A DNA stretch of 64,000 nt from contig CAZUZL010000001.1 of assembly GCA_964625065.1 (NCBI GenBank), positions 40,132-104,131 on the forward strand, written 5' to 3'. The stretch is from an uncultured Candidatus Saccharibacteria bacterium. Its GTDB lineage: Bacteria; Patescibacteriota; Minisyncoccia; Phycocordibacterales; UBA9973. Below the pieces are notes generated by a model. That model was not told the origin of the DNA. It was given only the letters and a program-made list of their open reading frames with translations, and searched no databases. This document shows positions 1 to 8,922 of this stretch, one piece after another. The position numbers were made by a program, and so were the translations under genes. Position 1 is the stretch's first letter. Every line of letters starts with the position of its first letter.

Positions 1-18
1 CTGGTCTTCGCATATAGA

Positions 19-441
19 TTATTTAGTAGTTACTTTAGGACGTTTTGCACCGTATCTTGAACGTGACTTACCACGCTTTTCAGGAGCAGTTGCATCGAGA
101 CGACCACGAACGATGGTGTAACGTACACCGATCAAGTCCTTCACACGACCGCCGCGTATAACGACAACCGAGTGTTCTTGTAATTTGTGTCCAATACCTG
201 GAATGTAGGCTGTAACTTCTTGGCCATTAGTTAGGCGGACACGAGCAATTTTACGAACTGCAGAGTTAGGCTTTTTAGGAGTTGTAGTAGTAACCTTTGT
301 ACATACGCCACGTTTAAATGGTGACGGGTAGAACACAGGGCGGTTTTTAAGCGCATTAAAACCACGTGCTAATGCAACGGTTTTCTTTCTTTTAACCACA
401 TTTTTGCGGTTCTTTTTGATTAATTGATTTATTGTTGGCAT
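19..441 (-). CDS. rpsL: 30S ribosomal protein S12
   Basis: MPTINQL start, [18 protein letters not shown] and [12 protein letters not shown] motifs. Confidence 0.98.
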   Translation of the reverse strand: MPTINQLIKKNRKNVVKRKKTVALARGFNALKNRPVFYPSPFKRGVCTKVTTTTPKKPNSAVRKIARVRLTNGQEVTAYIPGIGHKLQEHSVVVIRGGRVKDLIGVRYTIVRGRLDATAPEKRGKSRSRYGAKRPKVTTK

Positions 442-683
442 ATTTATATAGTAATTTTATAGCATATAGTTTGTCCAGCTATGGACACCCTACCTTCTGT
501 GCTCCTCTGCAACTCTTACAAAAGAGTAAAACACCGACTTATCCTAATACAAATTTGGTTTTTATGCAAGCCCCTACACCTATGTTACCATTTTGTTTTA
601 GTGTAAAATAACGACTGTCACAAAAAGAAAATATCGCGATTCGGCTGAATTTTATTACACCACACTCAAAACACTATGTTCGA

Positions 684-2846
684 TTATGGCAATATAGGTG
701 TGGGGGCAAGGGGTGCGCCTGGAACTGGGGTTTCGTATGTTTGTTCTATTATAAACTTCTCGTCCATGTAGCCTTTTTTAACAACCACAGTATGGTTTAC
801 CATTACAGGGCTGTACGAACCGTCTAGGTTCTTCTTCTCAATATTTACTTCATAAACACCGTTTGGTATTAGGCAGTAGAACTGACCGTTTTTATTAGTT
901 ATCTTTTTTATAAAGTCTTTACCGTTACGTAAAATGTGCACAATAGCATATGGGTATGGGTTACCTTTTGGTCCAACAACATAACTACGTGGTTTTGGTC
1001 GTAATGCAGTGTATTTTAGAATCAGCATTAATGTATAAAGCGCAACAACTATCATGTTGTAGTTTGAAGCTTTTGCATACCACGACAGTATTGAAACTAT
1101 ATAACCGATGAAGAAAAATACATTTGCAAAACGAACCCAGAAAACTTCGTGTGTTTTATGGTATGTCATTAATGTTTGTTGGCGTTTAGCGTATTCGTTC
1201 CAGTCAAAATGTTCTGGGTCCATTGGTATATTTGATATTACAAGACTGTTGCCGTCAGCACCTACTGTAAAAGGCATGCCATAGTACAGGTCTTTGTATA
1301 TTTCGTCTTCGTATTTACCATCTAGTAGTTTTGATGGGAAAATATAATTCGTCTTATGTGCAACAACAGTATATGTACCAGGTGGTAATAAAAATCCGAA
1401 ACGTCCATCTAAATCTGTTATAGATGTTTCTATTTCTTTACCTGTTATATCAAAAACTGAAACATACACTGGGTCTAGTGGTTGTTTAGTAACACTGTCG
1501 TACACAGTACCCCATGGGCGGTTTTTCTTTTTCAAACCTATCAGTACCAAGAACAGACTCCATAATCTAAACGGTATCAACAATAATTCACCCAACGAAA
1601 GTGGGTTTACAAACAATAGACTCATTATAGAAACAGACGAACCAGCAACAACACCAACTACCCCAGCAGTTTTAACAGCAGGTGTTATACCTGGTCTTTC
1701 AAATATTACTTTTACGGCTTTTTTTGTTGTTTCTATAACTTTGTTTGAATTAGATATACTTTTTCCAACATTGTCTGTTACATAACACCATATTGAACTA
1801 CAAACAGGTTCTACAGGGTGTCCGCCACCTCCGCCTGAGCCACCACCACCTCCGGTGCCTCCACCTCCGCCTGTTCCGCCGCCTCCAGAACCGCCTGTTC
1901 CTCCTCCGCCAGTGCCACCGCCTCCGGTACCACCGCCACCGGTTCCTCCACCACCATTACCTCCGCCCCCGCCTGAGCCACCACCTCCGGTACCGCCGCC
2001 TCCAGAACCGCCTGTTCCTCCGCCACCAGTGCCACCTCCTCCGGTGCCACCGCCGCCATTACCTCCTCCGCCGCCGTTTCCGCCGCCACCTCCACCTGAA
2101 CCGCCGCCACCTCCATGTCCACCACTTCCACAAAAACCAACTTCTACACTACCACTACTGTTATAAGTGGCTGAATTAGCTGCATTACAATCTGTATGGC
2201 AGTCTCTGTCTGTACTGTCTGTAAAAGTATCAGAATCATTATCTAAACCATCAGCACAAATTGGTCTAGAAACTTTTGGCACCCAGTCTGTTTTTACACA
2301 GGCGTCTGCATCAGCACAGTCAAACTTTATATAACCGTAGTTTTCGCTCCATGCATAACCTATAAATTCACCCGCACTGTTTATACGCACAGAAAAATCT
2401 GCATCGGCACAGCTGCCTGTCGGGTATGCCGAAGTTACATTAGAACAATTAAAAGACACCCAACCGGTGTTTTCACCCCAAGCAAAACCTGACAGTACAC
2501 CGTAACTACGGTCAGAACTTACATCTAAATTTACGTAGTAGTTAGAATCAGCACAGCCACTAGCTAGTGCGCCCACTGCGGCACAGTTTAGGCGTATCCA
2601 ACCGGTAGATTCACCGAACATCATTCCAGACAAACCGTTGTCTGTAACATGCACATTGTATGTGTCTATTCCTGGTTCTGTATAGTAGCCTGCATTTATA
2701 CGTGTACTAGTCGAAGTTTCTTTCGCTTTCCAGTATGTGGCGTCTATGGTGCCACTGTCAAAAGACGCAAACGCAACACCCGTGTTGATGCAGAAAAATA
2801 TAGAAATAATTAAAAATAATTTCTTAGAAAAAATACGGACGTCCAT
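684..2846 (-). CDS. Secreted/membrane-anchored protein with repeated G(F/Y)AW(G/S)EN.G(W/Y) N-terminal modules, ~100-aa Gly-rich linker, TM segments and carboxypeptidase-regulatory-like Ig domains
   Basis: Signal peptide; three FGESTGW/AWGENTGW/AWSENYGY repeats; poly-Gly tract; WGTVYDSVTKQPL..TDLDGRFGFLLPPGTY motif. Confidence 0.85.
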   Translation of the reverse strand: MDVRIFSKKLFLIISIFFCINTGVAFASFDSGTIDATYWKAKETSTSTRINAGYYTEPGIDTYNVHVTDNGLSGMMFGESTGWIRLNCAAVGALASGCADSNYYVNLDVSSDRSYGVLSGFAWGENTGWVSFNCSNVTSAYPTGSCADADFSVRINSAGEFIGYAWSENYGYIKFDCADADACVKTDWVPKVSRPICADGLDNDSDTFTDSTDRDCHTDCNAANSATYNSSGSVEVGFCGSGGHGGGGGSGGGGGGNGGGGGNGGGGTGGGGTGGGGTGGSGGGGTGGGGSGGGGGNGGGGTGGGGTGGGGTGGGGTGGSGGGGTGGGGGTGGGGGSGGGGGHPVEPVCSSIWCYVTDNVGKSISNSNKVIETTKKAVKVIFERPGITPAVKTAGVVGVVAGSSVSIMSLLFVNPLSLGELLLIPFRLWSLFLVLIGLKKKNRPWGTVYDSVTKQPLDPVYVSVFDITGKEIETSITDLDGRFGFLLPPGTYTVVAHKTNYIFPSKLLDGKYEDEIYKDLYYGMPFTVGADGNSLVISNIPMDPEHFDWNEYAKRQQTLMTYHKTHEVFWVRFANVFFFIGYIVSILSWYAKASNYNMIVVALYTLMLILKYTALRPKPRSYVVGPKGNPYPYAIVHILRNGKDFIKKITNKNGQFYCLIPNGVYEVNIEKKNLDGSYSPVMVNHTVVVKKGYMDEKFIIEQTYETPVPGAPLAPTPILP
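1820..2116. repeat. Coding low-complexity repeat encoding (GGGG[T/S/N])n
   Basis: ccgcca/ccacct/ccgcct arrays of about 15-bp period; explains the spurious poly-Pro ORF on the + strand. Confidence 0.9.
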
Positions 2847-2854
2847 GTTATGTA

Positions 2855-3487
2855 TTATATACCACTACCGACAATAATGTGAGTCAAGAAATGCAATATA
2901 GGTGGAAAAACTTTTGGTGCTAGAAATATTATAAACAAAACTAACAAAATAAAACCCCATTTATTTAGAAAACTTTCTATGTATGCGTATTTTGCTGGCA
3001 AAAAAGCAAACAAAACTTTTGAACCGTCTAGTGGTGGTAACGGAATAAGGTTAAACACAACCAACACAATGTTTAAAATAACTATTTTAGAAGTTACTGC
3101 TAATACACCTGCAGTTAGTGTGCCTGTTGTTGCAAGCAAGCGAATAAGTAAACCAAAAACAACAGCCAGCAGTAAGTTAGAAATAACACCCGCTAATGCC
3201 ACCCATATAGTGCCACGTTTAATATTATAAAAGTTGTTTGGGTTTACTGGTACTGGTTTTGCCCAGGCTATCATAAAACCGGTACCTGAAAGTAGTAAAA
3301 TTAATGGCAAAAGAAAAGACCCGAAAAGTTCCAAATGTGGTAATGGGTTAATGGTTAAACGGCCAGCGTAGCGTGCGGTAGGGTCGCCAAAATATTCGGC
3401 CACATAACCATGGGCAAGTTCATGAATTACCACTGAAGCCAGTAATATAATAACGTATGTAATAATACCAATTGTGTCGCCTTGCAT
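2855..3487 (-). CDS. Site-2 protease family (M50) membrane zinc metalloprotease
   Basis: HELAH zinc motif and FNLIPLPPLDG motif. Confidence 0.95.
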   Translation of the reverse strand: MQGDTIGIITYVIILLASVVIHELAHGYVAEYFGDPTARYAGRLTINPLPHLELFGSFLLPLILLLSGTGFMIAWAKPVPVNPNNFYNIKRGTIWVALAGVISNLLLAVVFGLLIRLLATTGTLTAGVLAVTSKIVILNIVLVVFNLIPLPPLDGSKVLFAFLPAKYAYIESFLNKWGFILLVLFIIFLAPKVFPPILHFLTHIIVGSGI

Positions 3488-3520
3488 AATTTATATACTT
3501 ATGATAGCATAATACCCGTT

Positions 3521-3766
3521 ATGGCAAAAGTATGTGAAATCACAGGAAAAGGCTCTATCGTCGGTGGCGGTTATTCTACGAAGGTTCGTGCAACCAAGTT
3601 TAACCCTGTTGGCAACAGCCGTAAATACCCCAACCTTCAAAAGAAGCGTATTTTTGTTGCGGAACTAAACAAAACTTTCGTGCTTACAATATCTACTAAC
3701 GCAATACGCACTATCGCTAAAAACGGCGCATTCGCAACACTTAAAAAAGCTGGAATCATAAAATAG
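3521..3766 (+). CDS. rpmB: 50S ribosomal protein L28
   Basis: MAKVCEITGK...RK.PNLQKKR; start moved to ATG 3521. Confidence 0.93.
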   Translation: MAKVCEITGKGSIVGGGYSTKVRATKFNPVGNSRKYPNLQKKRIFVAELNKTFVLTISTNAIRTIAKNGAFATLKKAGIIK

Positions 3767-3794
3767 GTTGTAGGTTACAGCTTATAGGTTACAG

Positions 3795-3827
3795 AAAAAA
3801 GCCGTTCGAAATTCGAACGGCTTTTTT
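3795..3827. terminator. Bidirectional intrinsic terminator
   Basis: aaaaaagccgttcgaa-a-ttcgaacggctttttt between convergent genes. Confidence 0.85.
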
Positions 3828-4692
3828 ATTTACATATAACAGTATTACCGTCTGAAGTACAGTTTATCGTACCCATTTTACTGGTTTCTAGATATGGAAT
3901 ATGCAGATTATTTATACGGTCCAGCACTTCTTTATGTGGGTGGCCGTATTGGTTTTTCAGACCGGCAGAAATAATAGCCAGCTTTGGGTGCACTGCCATA
4001 AGATATTCAACAGACGACGATGTGCGCGACCCATGGTGGCCAAGCTTTAAAACATCTACCGGTAACATACTTGGGTTGTGTTGTACTAAATACAGTTCCT
4101 TACCTATAGGCGAGTCCCCTGTAAACATAAACGACGTGTTGCCGTAGTCTAGTCGGGCAACAATTGAAGCTTCGTTAGTTTCCCACCCCGACACATCTGT
4201 ATCTGGGTACAGTATAGTTAAGTAAATATTATTTTTCTGGTCCAACATTATTTTCTGCCCAGCACGTGCATATATGTGCGGTATGTTTTTCTGTAATATT
4301 ATTTGTTGTAAATTTTGGTATACATCTGTGTTTACAGTTACACCTGGTTCTAACACACTTCCGACTTTATATTTTTCTAATACACTAACCAAACCTGCTA
4401 CATGGTCTGCATCTGGGTGCGTAGCAATAACCACATCTATACTGCGCTGGAAAAAAGGTAACTCTGCACCTAGGCGCGACAAAACTGTATTGTCACGCCC
4501 ACCGTCTATTAACATAGTTGTACCACTTGGTGTTTGTATTAGCATACTGTCGCCCTGGCCTACATCTAAAAAAGAAACTTTTAATTTATTTTGTGCTGGT
4601 TGTAAAAGCAAAACAAAAACCAACACCCCACCCAATACCAACAAACCCCCAACATATGCCCATAGTTTTTTGTGGTTCGGTTTTTGTTCCAT
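3826..4692 (-). CDS. ComEC/Rec2-type metallo-beta-lactamase-fold nuclease (stand-alone C-terminal ComEC domain)
   Basis: FLDVGQGDS, THPDADH, LK.GHHGSRTSS, YGHPH motifs; N-terminal TM anchor. Confidence 0.92.
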   Translation of the reverse strand: MEQKPNHKKLWAYVGGLLVLGGVLVFVLLLQPAQNKLKVSFLDVGQGDSMLIQTPSGTTMLIDGGRDNTVLSRLGAELPFFQRSIDVVIATHPDADHVAGLVSVLEKYKVGSVLEPGVTVNTDVYQNLQQIILQKNIPHIYARAGQKIMLDQKNNIYLTILYPDTDVSGWETNEASIVARLDYGNTSFMFTGDSPIGKELYLVQHNPSMLPVDVLKLGHHGSRTSSSVEYLMAVHPKLAIISAGLKNQYGHPHKEVLDRINNLHIPYLETSKMGTINCTSDGNTVICK

Positions 4693-4848
4693 ATATGTAA
4701 CTATACCAAAGAAAAATCACTCCATAAAATATATACTAAAAAGGGCACGCAGATTTTTCCGCTAAAAAATCTCCTCAGAACTGCGCGCCGGTCGCGCTGG
4801 TAAGCCCCTTTTTAGCATACATTTTCTTCAGTGATAGCCAAGTTTAAA

Positions 4849-5087
4849 TGCAAAAAACAAAATAGTTCTGTAAAAATGCCTGACGCAAGCCGACCGGGCG
4901 AGTCAGTAAAAAGAAATTAGTTTTTCTTTTTACCCGATTCACGAAGTGAAATTGCCGATGTGAGTGATAACGAACAGGCAATAGGAATCAATTTTCAGCA
5001 AGAAAATGTCGCGCTTAATGGACAATTGCGCGACGTGTTTGCTGGGGCAATCAAGCTTTTTTACAGAAGCTATTTTGTGATTTGCAT
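4849..5087. repeat. Intergenic structured element with ~28-bp imperfect terminal inverted repeats
   Basis: tgcaaaaaacaaaatagttctgtaaaaa vs tttttacagaagctattttgtgatttgca; internal hairpins. Confidence 0.6.
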
Positions 5088-5138
5088 GTATTTTACCTTT
5101 TTATACATATCCTGGAGGCCTTATGTTATACTGTATTT

Positions 5139-5744
5139 ATGCAAAAATACACACCCCAAGAATTTAACCTAGGCGAACTAATTGGCATATCAGCTAAGAA
5201 TGTTGAAGAACATTTGAAGCTATACAAAGGCTATGTAACAAACGCCAACAATGTTGTCGAAAAAATAAGTACCCTTTCAGAAGGCATGTTTAAAGACAAA
5301 GAAGACAATGGCTATGTTATAGCCGAACTTTTCCGCCGTTTTGCCTTTGAATACAACGGTATGCGTAACCATGAAGTTTATTTTAGTAGTCTTTCTGGTG
5401 GTCCAAAACCATTAAACCCAGACAGTGCATTAGCTAAACTAATAAACGAAACATGCATGTCGCTAGACATATTGTTAATGGGTTTTAAAAACATGGCTAT
5501 GACACGAGGTGTTGGTTGGGCAGTACTGTGGTACGACAAACGCGACAACCGCCTTCTAGCAAACTGGGTAGACGAACAACACTTAGGCCAACTAAACGGC
5601 TGTACTATGATTCTGGCCCTAGATATGTGGGAACATGCATATGTCTACGACTACCCAACTTCTGCAAAGAAAGATTATATCGAAGCCTTCTTTGCAAACC
5701 TAAACTGGGGCGTAGTAGAAGAAAATTTCAATAACGCACAATAA
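5139..5744 (+). CDS. sod: Fe/Mn superoxide dismutase
   Basis: EEH..LY.GY, NG...HE.YF and DMWEHAY metal-ligand motifs; start moved to ATG 5139 behind TGTTATACT. Confidence 0.93.
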   Translation: MQKYTPQEFNLGELIGISAKNVEEHLKLYKGYVTNANNVVEKISTLSEGMFKDKEDNGYVIAELFRRFAFEYNGMRNHEVYFSSLSGGPKPLNPDSALAKLINETCMSLDILLMGFKNMAMTRGVGWAVLWYDKRDNRLLANWVDEQHLGQLNGCTMILALDMWEHAYVYDYPTSAKKDYIEAFFANLNWGVVEENFNNAQ

Positions 5745-5834
5745 ATACAAACTTAATCTATTTGACATAAAACGCATTATCTATATAATGCGTTTTATAA
5801 TTCATATAGTTCTAAACCTTTAAAATTTAATATA

Positions 5835-6515
5835 ATGACAAAAAAAGTAACCAGATCAGTAACAAGCCCAGAGGATTTTATTAGCATCCCCTCTGAAGAA
5901 GGCGAACGACTTATTCGTCGTATGTGGCTAGCAAGTGTATCATCTGAAGAAAAACCTTATTTGTCGCCAGTTTCGACATTTATGGCAAGATTCCGCCAGC
6001 AGATATTTATACAAAAAGACAATGGCAGCCCTCTGAAAATATACTTTTTTCTTGAAAAAGAGTTACTCCACAATAAAAAACTATTTAAAGACATTCAGAC
6101 TCTTGGCATGCTACCTAGTAATGCCTACTGCCATGCCACGATTAACGCAGGGCATGTAACTCAAATTCGCGCAAAGGGAATTCTAAGTGAAATGGACAAA
6201 GAAGAAAAAGATTTCTTTACTAAAAAAATAAAGGAAAGAATGAATGGAGTCAAAAATGAAGACCAGCCGGTTCTATTATTCTCTTTTTATGGTCCACTAC
6301 TAAAATTTAATATCAATAATTGTATTGAGAACCCTAAAGCTAAGTTTTATTGTTTCGAACCAACCCAGTATGAATACTGTAAATACTGGCTATGTAGAGT
6401 GGGTCAGATTAAACGTGATAATCCAGGCAAATCAATACAAAGACTTATTGCTGAAGGACAATACAAATCAAAGAAAAATGGAAGGTTAGTTACGCAAGAA
6501 TTTCTAATTTTGTAA
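5835..6515 (+). CDS. Hypothetical protein (ORFan)
   Basis: 226-aa ORF with TTGACA/TATAAT promoter (5762-5789) and downstream terminator. Confidence 0.7.
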   Translation: MTKKVTRSVTSPEDFISIPSEEGERLIRRMWLASVSSEEKPYLSPVSTFMARFRQQIFIQKDNGSPLKIYFFLEKELLHNKKLFKDIQTLGMLPSNAYCHATINAGHVTQIRAKGILSEMDKEEKDFFTKKIKERMNGVKNEDQPVLLFSFYGPLLKFNINNCIENPKAKFYCFEPTQYEYCKYWLCRVGQIKRDNPGKSIQRLIAEGQYKSKKNGRLVTQEFLIL

Positions 6516-6529
6516 AAGTTAAATAATTT

Positions 6530-6558
6530 AAAAAGTCAGGTATAGCCTGACTTTTTTT
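6530..6558. terminator. Bidirectional intrinsic terminator
   Basis: aaaaagtcagg-tatag-cctgactttttt. Confidence 0.8.
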
Positions 6559-8003
6559 TATTTTATAATCCCTATAACCCCATTCCCAAACAACATCACC
6601 GCCATTACCCCATACATACCCAACATTGCCCACAGTGGCAATGGGTAGTTTAGTACACCAAAAGGAACAGAGGCGAATAACATAATAACCCACAACACAA
6701 ACGTTAATAATATAGAAAGTGGAAATGCAAATAAAATAGATAAACTCGGTATAAAAAAACACAACACCAATAAAAATGTTAACCCCATAACCAGTGGCAT
6801 AAGTGGCAGTATTAATACATTGGCCGGTATTGAAACCAAAGACATAGCCCCCATAGTAAATAGTATCAGTGGCAGTACAGCAATATTTGTACCCACTGTT
6901 GTGGCAACCACGTCGCGTATACCAAACTTATCTGTTACCCATAAAAACTTGTGTAGTATTTTGGGTGTTATATATATCAGCCCTATAGTAGCTAAAACTG
7001 AAAGTTGAAATGAAACGTCGTACAGTATTGTAAATGGGTTCATTATACCCATTGCAATAATTGTTAATACCAACACCCTGCCTATATATGTTTTTCTACC
7101 GACAAGTTTTGCCAATATAACAATACCACCCATTATGCCCGCACGTATGGCAGTGGTAGAAGCACCGGTTAATATTACAAATAAAACTATACCAAATATT
7201 GAAACTATCCATGCTACTGTAACAGAAAATATTGCACCCAATGTTGCCAACATGGCTTCGACAACAATGGTAATGTTGTAGCCCGACAGGGCAATAATGT
7301 GTATAGTTCCGGAACGTACAAACTGGTCGCGCAAACCTGTTGTTAACCAGTCGCGCGAACCAACTAATATGCCACGAGCTAAGCCAGACTGCGGTTCGTG
7401 CAAATTGTTGTTTATTTGGTTTTCTATTTTATTCTTTAGTACTGCTAAACGTGCAGTAACATTCCACCTACCTGCTGGTGTGGTAGACAACACTTTTGGT
7501 TTGTCTAATGTTACATATACAAAGTCTTTTTTAAGATACGAAACATAGTCAAATACAGTGTCGTTAGAACCAGTAAAGTTTTCTGGGTATTGAAGTACGC
7601 CAGAAATTTGTACATGTTCACCCACCAACAAATTCCCGCTGTTTATTTTTACTAATACTCGAAATCTTTCACCGACGGGTTGTACTAAAACAGTTTGTAT
7701 ATTATTTTTACCTTCAGCAGTTACTACCCTGCCTGATAATGTTACATTTTTATTTATTGCATCCGTGTACAGAACAGGTATTTTTGGCATGCGCATATAC
7801 GAAACACCATAGCCAAGTAAAATAGACACCACTAAAACGAACGTTAAACCAAAAACTTTTTTAGAAAACTTACCTAAAAACAAAATACAAACCAGACAAA
7901 TAAAAACACCGGCAACTAGGCCGTATGTGTTCTGTTGTGCTGTAAATAAAATAATACCAACTACTGCGCCGAAACTTGTTCCATAAAACAAATTGTCATC
8001 CAT
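6558..8003 (-). CDS. comEC: ComEC/Rec2 competence DNA-uptake membrane protein
   Basis: SGTIHIIALSGYN, RAGIMG, SFQLS motifs, many TMs; start taken as ATG at 8003 because MALPISNG comes from the upstream repeat. Confidence 0.93.
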   Translation of the reverse strand: MDDNLFYGTSFGAVVGIILFTAQQNTYGLVAGVFICLVCILFLGKFSKKVFGLTFVLVVSILLGYGVSYMRMPKIPVLYTDAINKNVTLSGRVVTAEGKNNIQTVLVQPVGERFRVLVKINSGNLLVGEHVQISGVLQYPENFTGSNDTVFDYVSYLKKDFVYVTLDKPKVLSTTPAGRWNVTARLAVLKNKIENQINNNLHEPQSGLARGILVGSRDWLTTGLRDQFVRSGTIHIIALSGYNITIVVEAMLATLGAIFSVTVAWIVSIFGIVLFVILTGASTTAIRAGIMGGIVILAKLVGRKTYIGRVLVLTIIAMGIMNPFTILYDVSFQLSVLATIGLIYITPKILHKFLWVTDKFGIRDVVATTVGTNIAVLPLILFTMGAMSLVSIPANVLILPLMPLVMGLTFLLVLCFFIPSLSILFAFPLSILLTFVLWVIMLFASVPFGVLNYPLPLWAMLGMYGVMAVMLFGNGVIGIIK

Positions 8004-8191
8004 CCCGTTAGAGATAGGAAGTGCCACATTACAATATATGGAACTTCCTATAATTAGATAATTTATAATATTTCGACCATACTACTAGACCCTACAGGCA
8101 CTTCCGTAATATATTTGATTATATTTACATATTAACATAATTTATTTCTTTATTATATTAAGACAAAATAACATCTGTTATCTCAACGGGA
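8003..8191. mobile_element. Start-codon-associated inverted-repeat element, copy A (189 bp)
   Basis: Ends tcccgttagagat / atctcaacggga; homologous to copy C at 47409-47596. Confidence 0.75.
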
Positions 8192-8197
8192 GGCAAA

Positions 8198-8761
8198 CTA
8201 CATAGGGGGCAACCCCTTGAAGAATTCTTTATAATTTTCTTTAGTGCCACGAAACAGTGGTGTGTTGTCTTTGTCTGCAAAACTGGTTGCAATAACATCG
8301 GCACGTTCGTTTAGTAGTACACCTGAATGCCCTGCAACTTTTTTCGTGTGTAAATTTTTACCAAAACTACGCACCAATACCATTAGTGGTTGCCATAGTT
8401 CCTGGTTTAGAACTGGTTTTTTATTTGCAGTTTTCCAACCGTTTTTCTCCCACCCTGCAACCCAAGACCCGATACCGCCTAACACATATGCAGAATCAGT
8501 ATGTACAGTAACAACCACTGTTACACTACGCCCCGCCTTTTTAACTTCTTCCTGGACTGCGCGCAAACTAGCTATAACACCCATCAGTTCCATTCTATTA
8601 TTCGTTGTATGGGCGTCGTGGCCACCTATTTCATAGACATAGTCATGTTCTGCCAATATGCCTGCGTCAAAGCCTATAACAGCCCCGTAGCCCCCTGGAC
8701 CAGGGTTACCGCGCGAAGAACCGTCTGTATATATAGATATATGTTTTTCCTGACTATTCAT
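8198..8761 (-). CDS. rnhA: Ribonuclease HI
   Basis: YTDGSSRGNPGPGG, TTNNRMEL, TDSAY, GHSG...NERAD motifs. Confidence 0.96.
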   Translation of the reverse strand: MNSQEKHISIYTDGSSRGNPGPGGYGAVIGFDAGILAEHDYVYEIGGHDAHTTNNRMELMGVIASLRAVQEEVKKAGRSVTVVVTVHTDSAYVLGGIGSWVAGWEKNGWKTANKKPVLNQELWQPLMVLVRSFGKNLHTKKVAGHSGVLLNERADVIATSFADKDNTPLFRGTKENYKEFFKGLPPM

Positions 8762-8879
8762 CCCGTTTAGAAGCAGGTCGCGGTCAATAGAGCGCTATTT
8801 GCTTGATTATATTTATAAATTAATAATATATTACTTTCATAATTTATGCCCGTTACTGCGACCGCGGCTTCTAACGGGA
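8761..8879. mobile_element. Start-codon-associated inverted-repeat element, copy B (119 bp) with TTCA direct repeats
   Basis: ttca[tcccgtttagaagc...gcttctaacggga]ttca; extended ggtcgcggt/actgcgacc pairing. Confidence 0.8.
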
Positions 8880-8922
8880 TTCATGTAAAGATTATAGCAT
8901 GAACATATACATAAATTAAAAA

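Noticed and set aside
1793-2179. Poly-Pro and Arg/His-rich ORFs on the + strand and an alternate minus frame
   Set aside because: Shadows of the Gly-codon repeat in the 684-2846 gene
4960-5172. 70-aa GTG-start ORF upstream of sod
   Set aside because: Lies within the inverted-repeat element and overlaps the sod start out of frame
8004-8027. Identical MALPISNG N-termini on ComEC and YraN
   Set aside because: Translation of the repeat element end from a GTG; the downstream ATG is the better start
8043-8070. ACTTCCTATAA resembling a Firmicute dif left arm within element A
   Set aside because: No matching right arm and not conserved in copy C
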